23,873 nt of DNA, taken from NCBI GenBank assembly GCA_041586955.1, contig JBFGZE010000049.1, positions 1 through 23,873 of the forward strand, given 5' to 3'. The notes below the pieces were generated by a model that ran no database searches, had not been told where the DNA came from, and was given only the letters and a program-made list of their open reading frames with translations. Positions 17,728 to 23,873 of the stretch are shown here, piece by piece (the first letter of the stretch is position 1; the number at the start of each line of letters is the position of its first letter). The position numbers were made by a program, and so were the translations under genes. Origin of the DNA: Bacteriovoracaceae bacterium (GTDB taxonomy: Bacteria; Bdellovibrionota; Bacteriovoracia; Bacteriovoracales; Bacteriovoracaceae).

Positions 17728-17777
17728 GGCCTATCCTATGCTTAAATGCGTCTTCTTGTAAAAATGAATTGCGTCAA

Positions 17778-18614
17778 TTATTTGCAGTTTTTGATAATTT
17801 CATCAGAGTATTTGATTAAATAATCAGAGTACAAAGGATTAATTCCTATACCGTGAATTTTTGCGCCCACGGAGTCCAAAAACTCACGAAACTCACCAAC
17901 GTATTCCTCAACATCTGTCACAAGTAAAAGAAACTCCGCATTTGAGCCCTTGATCCAATCCACGGCCCGCTTACCATCATTAAGTCCAAGACTTTGGCAA
18001 ACTTGATGACGAGAACCTATCATCATGCGGGATGTATTAAAAACAGAGACCGTGGCACTAAGGGCGCATTGATCAAGTACCTTGGTAATCATTTTTCTTC
18101 TATCACAAAACTCAAGATCCTTGGAATAATCGACGTCGCGCATACTGGCAGAGGTATCTACCCATAGTTCGACTTTCTCGGGCCGAGGACGGTGAGTTGC
18201 CTTGCCACAAAATATATCGAAATAGGGGCCTTCCTTACAATCGACCATATCAATATCCATAGAATTGAAAGTCTTTAATTTTAATTCTTCCTGATTTAAC
18301 TCCTCATCAAGAGCTTTTCTTTTCTCATCATCAATTTCTTTTCTTAAAAAATTACTCTTTTCTTTTTTTAAAGGCGTCGGTTTTTCTTCAATAAATCCAT
18401 GCTGAGGATGAAAGCAGCCATCCCCCATGGGCACACATTCACTTGTGTCCCATTCGACTAATTGACCCAACATCAAAGGGTAATGAGACTCATCGAAATA
18501 CCTTAAGAGTGAAGTCTTTTGATTGCGAGAAAGGAAAATAACCTCTAACTTCTTAGGCATCGCCAAAAGATCTGCGGCATAAAAAATAAAGACGAATAAG
18601 AATCTTAATTTCAA
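17778..18614 (-). CDS. Exported Cys-containing protein with vWA-like (MIDAS) C-terminal domain
   Basis: Signal peptide, 'LWVDTSASM' (DxSxS) and later 'LLVTD'. TTG start overlaps the XRE stop (TTGA). Confidence 0.65.
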   Translation of the reverse strand: MKLRFLFVFIFYAADLLAMPKKLEVIFLSRNQKTSLLRYFDESHYPLMLGQLVEWDTSECVPMGDGCFHPQHGFIEEKPTPLKKEKSNFLRKEIDDEKRKALDEELNQEELKLKTFNSMDIDMVDCKEGPYFDIFCGKATHRPRPEKVELWVDTSASMRDVDYSKDLEFCDRRKMITKVLDQCALSATVSVFNTSRMMIGSRHQVCQSLGLNDGKRAVDWIKGSNAEFLLLVTDVEEYVGEFREFLDSVGAKIHGIGINPLYSDYLIKYSDEIIKNCK

Positions 18615-19291
18615 AAATCAACACCTTTTTGTCTCAGGTAATTAATAATATTCTTACCGATATCAACAACTAAATCCTTCCCATCCATATCAAGACTGAG
18701 AAAGTCATGAAGGAATCCCTTTTGCCGCGCCGTCAAGGTTTCCATTTTTTCTCTAATTGATAAATCAGATTTACGACGCCCCTGGCCTTCACTTTTATCC
18801 TGCCCCTCACTTTCACTTTCAAAATGAATTACTCTTTTTTTGCCACCGATATTAATCGTCGCCTGGGTACTCTTTTTGGCCGTTCCGGCCGTTCCTAGAC
18901 CTTCGATAATATCGCTTTCTTCCGCAATAGATCTGGATGCCGCCTCAGTAAGAGTCACTTTTTCTTGCCCCTCCCCTTTCTGTTCAAATAACGGGGCATT
19001 CAGGGCGGTCTCTTCCTTATAAAACTTCACTAGCCTTATAAACTGTTCGGCAAATTCTTCTTCGACAAAATCGATCATTTCATGAAGCGGAATCTGCAAC
19101 CTAGCGACAATCTTCGCAATCATCTGAGAATTAAGTTCATGAGTTTTCTGATTGAGAAAGCGGCTCATGGTGGAAACCCCAATATCTGTTGCTTCCGCCA
19201 AGTCTTTCTGTGTCATACCGCCTCTCAATTGCATATATTTGCGCACAACTGACAAAAACAAGGGCAATTTTTCTTCGTTAAACTGGGCCAT
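18611..19291 (-). CDS. XRE-family helix-turn-helix transcriptional regulator
   Basis: Cro/C1 HTH 'GMTQKDLAEATDIGVSTMSRFLN', acidic linker, typical XRE C-terminal helices 'LTARQKGFLHDFLSL'. Confidence 0.88.
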   Translation of the reverse strand: MAQFNEEKLPLFLSVVRKYMQLRGGMTQKDLAEATDIGVSTMSRFLNQKTHELNSQMIAKIVARLQIPLHEMIDFVEEEFAEQFIRLVKFYKEETALNAPLFEQKGEGQEKVTLTEAASRSIAEESDIIEGLGTAGTAKKSTQATINIGGKKRVIHFESESEGQDKSEGQGRRKSDLSIREKMETLTARQKGFLHDFLSLDMDGKDLVVDIGKNIINYLRQKGVDF

Positions 19292-19409
19292 AAGCCAATC
19301 CTTTTCGAGTTTTCAAGGGGTTGCAATATTAAATTGCACATTAGTTCATATGGAACTCCTTAATATTATTATCGGTTGCAAAAATAAATTCCTTAATGCA
19401 ACTTTCTTT

Positions 19410-19428
19410 CTTGACGCAATGTGTCAAG
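19410..19428. promoter_or_regulatory. Operator-like palindrome overlapping the -35 box
   Basis: CTTGAC-GCAATGT-GTCAAG inverted repeat in the divergent XRE/pentapeptide intergenic region. Confidence 0.55.
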
Positions 19429-19439
19429 TATTGTACTAT
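19411..19439 (+). promoter_or_regulatory. Sigma70-type promoter for the pentapeptide-repeat gene
   Basis: TTGACG (19411-16), 17-bp spacer, TACTAT (19434-39). SD GGAGG at 19490-94. Confidence 0.75.
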
Positions 19440-19503
19440 GAAATTGAGCATCGGATGAAACATTCCAATGATGCTCTAACGCAGGATTCGGAGGTTACTG
19501 ACT

Positions 19504-20088
19504 ATGAACACTCTAACCAAATTTATTGATCTGAACTTTTTAACCAATACTCAAGACGACTCATCTCAGAAAAGTTCAGTCAATAGCTGCCCAGAGAGCG
19601 CTACATATGAAGTAATCGAAAACGAGGTGTTAAAAAGTAGCAATCTCAAAGGGTTAAGCATTTCTGGCTCTCTATTTTCTCTCACTACCTTCAAGGATGT
19701 AACCTTCGATTCCTGTGTCTTTTTCGGGTCCAAGATGGAAAATTGCAACTTCATTAATTGCAAATTCGCCAATTGCACCTTCCAATTCACTGAAATTTCT
19801 CACTGCAACTTTAGGGCCAGTGAATTTACGAATAATAAATGGGATGTTTCTCCCATCAAAAAGAGCCAATTTTATTTTTGTGGACTAGACGCACGGACTG
19901 CTTTTTTCACCACAAAGGACCAACAAAATCAAATACATGGATGTCATAGCATGGAAAACATCTCATGGATTGAATTCCCGGCCAACGGAGAGGCCTTGGC
20001 ACAGGAGGTGCCTATGGGGTGCTCAGACCCCACTCAGACATACCACTTAGGTGTGCTTATGAATCAATTAAAGAAAATTGCAGCTTAA
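19504..20088 (+). CDS. Pentapeptide-repeat protein
   Basis: About 15-17 tandem pentapeptides (SNLKG LSISG SLFSL TTFKD VTFDS CVFFG SKMEN CNFIN CKFAN CTFQF TEISH CNFRA SEFTN...). Confidence 0.9.
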   Translation: MNTLTKFIDLNFLTNTQDDSSQKSSVNSCPESATYEVIENEVLKSSNLKGLSISGSLFSLTTFKDVTFDSCVFFGSKMENCNFINCKFANCTFQFTEISHCNFRASEFTNNKWDVSPIKKSQFYFCGLDARTAFFTTKDQQNQIHGCHSMENISWIEFPANGEALAQEVPMGCSDPTQTYHLGVLMNQLKKIAA

Positions 20089-20231
20089 AATTGCTAGCTT
20101 CATATAAGCATCAATTTTGCCTCATGGATTTATATCGCTAGCCCCCTGCCAAAAAAAGCGAGGCAAAACTCACCAACTTCCAGAAATCGGCCAAGGATGG
20201 TCGCTGGACTTATCCCCCAATACACCTATTA

Positions 20232-20259
20232 TTCAGGGGTCATTCCGATGGCCCCTGAA
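20232..20259. terminator. Strong hairpin between the convergent pentapeptide and nadB genes (possible terminator)
   Basis: ttcaggggtcat-tccg-atggcccctgaa, a 12-bp stem with one G-U pair. No clear U-tract. Confidence 0.5.
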
Positions 20260-20325
20260 CCCCACCTCTCAAAAAAATTTTTAGAGATTACTAGCGCCAA
20301 AAATCAGGTAATGCATGGAGGGTTA

Positions 20326-21882
20326 TTATTTACGATAAAAGCAACCAATAGACTTTTTATTCCGAAGGCTAGATTGCAAAACATTATAAGCAACCTCAAC
20401 AGCATTGCGCAGACCAATTAGCTCATCTTGCAATTGAGCATTCCGATAAAAATTTTGAATCTCTTCAAACAATTCCCTAAACATGGCATGCGCTCTTTTT
20501 AAGCGGTCAGGACTGCGGGTCAAACCGACATAATTCCACATCGTTTGTTTAAGTGTCAGCCAATCCTGGTGAATTAGGGCAAGATCAATCGGCTCCTCCC
20601 CTAATTGCCAATCGCGAATACGGTCAGGGGAATAATCTTCAACTTGATCAATGGTAGAAAGGATATCTTCCGCCGCGATATAACCCCAGGTAAGGCCTTC
20701 CGCCAAAGAAGTTGAGGCCAAACGGTTTGCCCCATGAAGACCAGTACAGGCGACTTCCCCTACGGCATAAAGATTACTGAGATTCGTTCGCCCTTTAATA
20801 TCCGTCTTCACACCCCCACAGGTATAATGGGCCGCAGGTACAACAGGTATGGGAACTTTTGTAATATCAACTTTATTTAATAAACAATGTTCATAAATCG
20901 TCGGAAAGCGCTTTTTAATCCATTCGGGATCCTTAGAGGTAATATCCAAATAAACGCATTCATGATAAGTCTCAATCATTTCCTTATCAATGGACTTTGC
21001 GACGATATCTCGTGGCGCTAATTCCTTATCGCGATGGTATTTTTCCATAAAGCGTACGCCCTCGGAGTTAACCAATACTCCCCCCTCTCCTCTAACCGCT
21101 TCAGAAATTAAAAAACGACGGTGGCTGGAGTGGTTAAAAAAGGTCGTTGGGTGGAATTGAATAAATTCCATATTAGTCAGGGTTGCACCAGCTCTTTTGG
21201 CCATGGCCTGTCCATCACCTCGCGCTCCCTCAGCATTAGAATGGTGTAAATAAAGCGCCCCCACCCCTCCAGTCGCCAAGACTGTGGTTTTGGCCATTAT
21301 TTTTTTCACTTCACCAAGTTCTTGGTCGAGAGCGTAAGCACCAAGAATACGAGTAGGTTCATACCTTTGAACCAGGTCCTTCCCGTGATGCAAAGGAGTG
21401 ATCAGATCGATTGCTGTATGCCCTGCTAATATATCGACATTGGGAAAACGCTTTTTATCTTTTAAATAATTTAATAAGCTCACTTGAATTTCTCTACCGG
21501 TAAAGTCCCCGCGATAAAGAATCCTTTCACAGGAATGGGCGGCTTCCATAGTGAACTTCATCTTGCCCTTTTGATCTTTTTCAAAACTAGTTTTGGCCTT
21601 TTTAATAAGTAACTCATCAATGATTTGACCTGCTCTCTCTTGTAAGACCTGACAAGCTTCAGGATTAGAGGTATTGGAGCTGGCCCTTTGGATATCCCCT
21701 GTCAAAAGATGGTCCTTTGGAAAGATCACTCCCCCCTGCGCCCAAAAAGTATTCGAAATACGAGGGTCTTTTTCCCGAGTCAGGATACCAACATTTAATC
21801 CCGCCTCCGCCAATTTAGCGCCTGCAGATAGGCCGGCGACCCCGCTACCAATAATAAGAACATCGTATTTTAATAAACTCAT
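20326..21882 (-). CDS. nadB: L-aspartate oxidase
   Basis: FAD motif 'IIGSGVAGL', 'WAQGG', 'EFIQFHPT', 'LISEAVRGEG', 'ELAPRDIVA', 'AAHYTCGG', 'GLHGANRLASTSL'. Adjacent to nadC. Confidence 0.96.
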   Translation of the reverse strand: MSLLKYDVLIIGSGVAGLSAGAKLAEAGLNVGILTREKDPRISNTFWAQGGVIFPKDHLLTGDIQRASSNTSNPEACQVLQERAGQIIDELLIKKAKTSFEKDQKGKMKFTMEAAHSCERILYRGDFTGREIQVSLLNYLKDKKRFPNVDILAGHTAIDLITPLHHGKDLVQRYEPTRILGAYALDQELGEVKKIMAKTTVLATGGVGALYLHHSNAEGARGDGQAMAKRAGATLTNMEFIQFHPTTFFNHSSHRRFLISEAVRGEGGVLVNSEGVRFMEKYHRDKELAPRDIVAKSIDKEMIETYHECVYLDITSKDPEWIKKRFPTIYEHCLLNKVDITKVPIPVVPAAHYTCGGVKTDIKGRTNLSNLYAVGEVACTGLHGANRLASTSLAEGLTWGYIAAEDILSTIDQVEDYSPDRIRDWQLGEEPIDLALIHQDWLTLKQTMWNYVGLTRSPDRLKRAHAMFRELFEEIQNFYRNAQLQDELIGLRNAVEVAYNVLQSSLRNKKSIGCFYRK

Positions 21883-21884
21883 AA

Positions 21885-22733
21885 TTACCTAGAATACTTA
21901 AAAGAAAGATCAACGGCCGGAGCACGGTACGTCAGCCCTCCCACCGAAATGGCATCAACGCCATCCATTAAATAATGATCAAGGGTGGCAAGATTCACAC
22001 CACCAGAAACTTCATAAGTCACACCACTTGGCTTAATCGCCACGGCCTTTACAATATCTTCAGGCGAAAAATTATCGAGCATAAAATGCTTGACTCCCAT
22101 TTCAACTCCGACAGTCAATTCACCAAGATCATGAATCTCCAATTCGATAGGTTGGTAAAAGGCTTCCTGCGATTGAAAAAACTCAACTGCCTCTTTAACC
22201 CCTCCAAAAAATGCTTTGTGGTTATCTTTAATCATCCACATATCGGCTTGCCCTAGACGGTGATTTGAACCACCTCCCATACGCACGGAATATTTTTCAA
22301 GTGCCCGTAAACCAGGAGTTGTTTTTCTTGTATCTAAAATTTTTGTTTTATACTTTTCGGCCTTATCCACATACATTTTTGTATACGAAGCGATTGAAGA
22401 AGAACGCTGTAATAAGTTTAAAGCGATACGCTCACCTGTTAGTGCAATACTAAAAGGCAAATTAAAATCTACTTTAAGAACACTTCCTTTCAAAAAAGAT
22501 TGTCCCTCAAAAGAGGAAAAGTTCTCATAGGATAATAGATCGTCGCCTGCTAAAACATTAAATGTTTCGACAAACCATGGTAAACCCGCGAGCACTAAAT
22601 CAGATTTAATATTCAATTGGCATTGGACAGAATCTTGAGGCAACTGAGAAAGGTAGTAGAGATTCCTCTTAAGATCGTCTTCCGCCAAATAGGATTCGAT
22701 ATCTTGTTTAATTGCTGTTGAAAATAAGCTCAT
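21885..22733 (-). CDS. nadC: Nicotinate-nucleotide diphosphorylase (quinolinate phosphoribosyltransferase)
   Basis: 'GERIALNLLQ', 'DTRKTTPGLR', 'NHRLG', 'IKDNH', 'MLDNF', 'EVSGG'. Start is probably ATG 22733; the ORF track gives 22745. Confidence 0.96.
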   Translation of the reverse strand: MSLFSTAIKQDIESYLAEDDLKRNLYYLSQLPQDSVQCQLNIKSDLVLAGLPWFVETFNVLAGDDLLSYENFSSFEGQSFLKGSVLKVDFNLPFSIALTGERIALNLLQRSSSIASYTKMYVDKAEKYKTKILDTRKTTPGLRALEKYSVRMGGGSNHRLGQADMWMIKDNHKAFFGGVKEAVEFFQSQEAFYQPIELEIHDLGELTVGVEMGVKHFMLDNFSPEDIVKAVAIKPSGVTYEVSGGVNLATLDHYLMDGVDAISVGGLTYRAPAVDLSFKYSR

Positions 22734-22830
22734 AAAACACCCCATTTTTTTAATTAGCTTGCTTCTTATCTCTTATTTTTCAATAAGTTAAGAAAATTAA
22801 TGCTGAAGCTATTTGCAATTTCAGCACCTT

Positions 22831-23873
22831 ATGAAGTTTTTCCTGATTTACCTCATTACCTTAACTCTTTTAGCGATTAATCCCCCTAAAACCGTTAAAG
22901 ACACCCCTCATTTTCGCTTCAATAGTAAAAATCTTGGCCCCCAATTTACCTTGAGAAAAAACTCCGCTCTCTACCAGGCCTTCGTTTTTGGCAATAAGAA
23001 ATTTATTTCAAAAAAGCTACGCCATATCTACCAACAGATGGGCCTACTCCATTTGATGACACCTTCAGGTATTCATTTTCACTTTCCTTTTTTAATCAGC
23101 AAAAAATTAATTAATGCTTTTCAAATAATCGGTGTCTTTTCGAATTTACTCTTTATCGGACTTTGCTTTTGGCCATGGACGTTAGCCGGATTTTATTCGC
23201 TCAAGAGAATTGGTGCCCTTCATGCGCTTCATTACATTAACACAAAACTTAATTTTAAATTGCCCTTTAATACCGTCTTTTTACTTTATGTCATTTTTGA
23301 TTTTTGGTGGGGAACATTTAACCATTCCCCCCTAAGCTTTACTTTATCGTTCCACTTTTTGGCCCTTTTCATTCTTAAGCCTAAGTTCACATCCCTTATA
23401 CCCCATTTAATAATGTCACAATTTCTTATCCAGATAATTCTCAACTATACTTGGCCGCAATTACCTTCACTCCTAATTGGCCTGGGCCTTAGTAGTTTAT
23501 TTACACTGATATTTCCCTTTCTCTTTATGAATGCATTAATCAGCTTTTATGATTTTTCCTCTCCCATTATTTCTATATTTAATACTTTAGTAATTAAAGG
23601 TTTCCATTTAGGGACAGTACTCTCGCACTCACCCATTGTTTTTTACTTTTTATTACTGTTCCTACTTCCCAAAAAAAAGAAATCTATATTACTCGCGGCA
23701 CTTGTGACGTTCTTCCTAGGCCCCCACCAACAGATAAACTTTTACGATGATACACGATTCAATCGATCCTCACCCTGGGATAGCTATCAAAAGCCTTACT
23801 CTAAGGAGAAAAAGCATAAGTGGGGGTATTCAATAGAATTTATGGACAAAACTAAATGTGAGATGCGTCTTCA
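22831..23873 (+). CDS. comEC: ComEC/Rec2-family competence membrane protein (partial, runs off the right edge)
   Basis: Hand translation is open from ATG 22831 to the window end (>347 aa) and very hydrophobic. Competence-domain motifs 'AFVFGNK', 'GLLHLMTPSGIH' (G..H...SG.H) and 'SFTLSF' (GFQLSF-like). Absent from the ORF track, presumably because there is no stop in the window. Confidence 0.8.
   Translation, partial: MKFFLIYLITLTLLAINPPKTVKDTPHFRFNSKNLGPQFTLRKNSALYQAFVFGNKKFISKKLRHIYQQMGLLHLMTPSGIHFHFPFLISKKLINAFQIIGVFSNLLFIGLCFWPWTLAGFYSLKRIGALHALHYINTKLNFKLPFNTVFLLYVIFDFWWGTFNHSPLSFTLSFHFLALFILKPKFTSLIPHLIMSQFLIQIILNYTWPQLPSLLIGLGLSSLFTLIFPFLFMNALISFYDFSSPIISIFNTLVIKGFHLGTVLSHSPIVFYFLLLFLLPKKKKSILLAALVTFFLGPHQQINFYDDTRFNRSSPWDSYQKPYSKEKKHKWGYSIEFMDKTKCEMRL

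Noticed and set aside
18840..22453. ORFs 18840..19022, 19152..19529, 19566..19790, 19672..19869, 20197..20421, 21674..21892, 21975..22256 and 22265..22453
   Set aside because: They overlap stronger genes, promoter elements or hairpins, and have no recognisable domains.
1..23873. CRISPR array, tRNA/rRNA, transposase/integrase, programmed frameshift or stop-codon reassignment
   Set aside because: No regularly spaced repeats, cloverleafs or recombinase motifs were seen, and all recognisable genes are intact in the standard code.

Overview
Bacterial chromosomal segment with no sign of a prophage, IS element or CRISPR array. The gene set and the style of the hypothetical proteins suggest a Bdellovibrionota (Bacteriovoracaceae/Halobacteriovoraceae-like) organism, but this is inference only. 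Left (1-4.5 kb) is a visibly more AT-rich accessory patch: a secreted receptor-L-domain/LRR protein, a GT4 glycosyltransferase, a SAM methyltransferase and a membrane protein, with hairpins and degenerate repeats between them. The housekeeping-type DNA that follows carries rbgA; an aroC-aroB-aroA-FMN reductase operon; a C4 zinc-ribbon coiled-coil protein; a two-gene TolC + RND unit with no membrane-fusion gene; and the RNase P RNA gene rnpB. It continues with three exported hypotheticals, mutY, an XRE regulator + vWA-like operon divergent from a pentapeptide-repeat gene, nadC-nadB, and a partial ComEC-family ORF missing from the ORF track. Best leads: (i) the XRE/pentapeptide-repeat module, with an operator-like palindrome over a near-consensus sigma70 promoter, structured GGA-containing UTRs and a C-terminal Ala-Ala degron; (ii) a natural NKxD-to-NKxN change in the RbgA G4 motif; (iii) a flavin reductase attached to the chorismate synthase operon; (iv) a compact RNase P RNA lacking P13/P14; (v) an adaptor-less RND-TolC pair lying between the zinc-ribbon gene and rnpB; (vi) a minimal ComEC. 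All structure and motif calls were made by eye.
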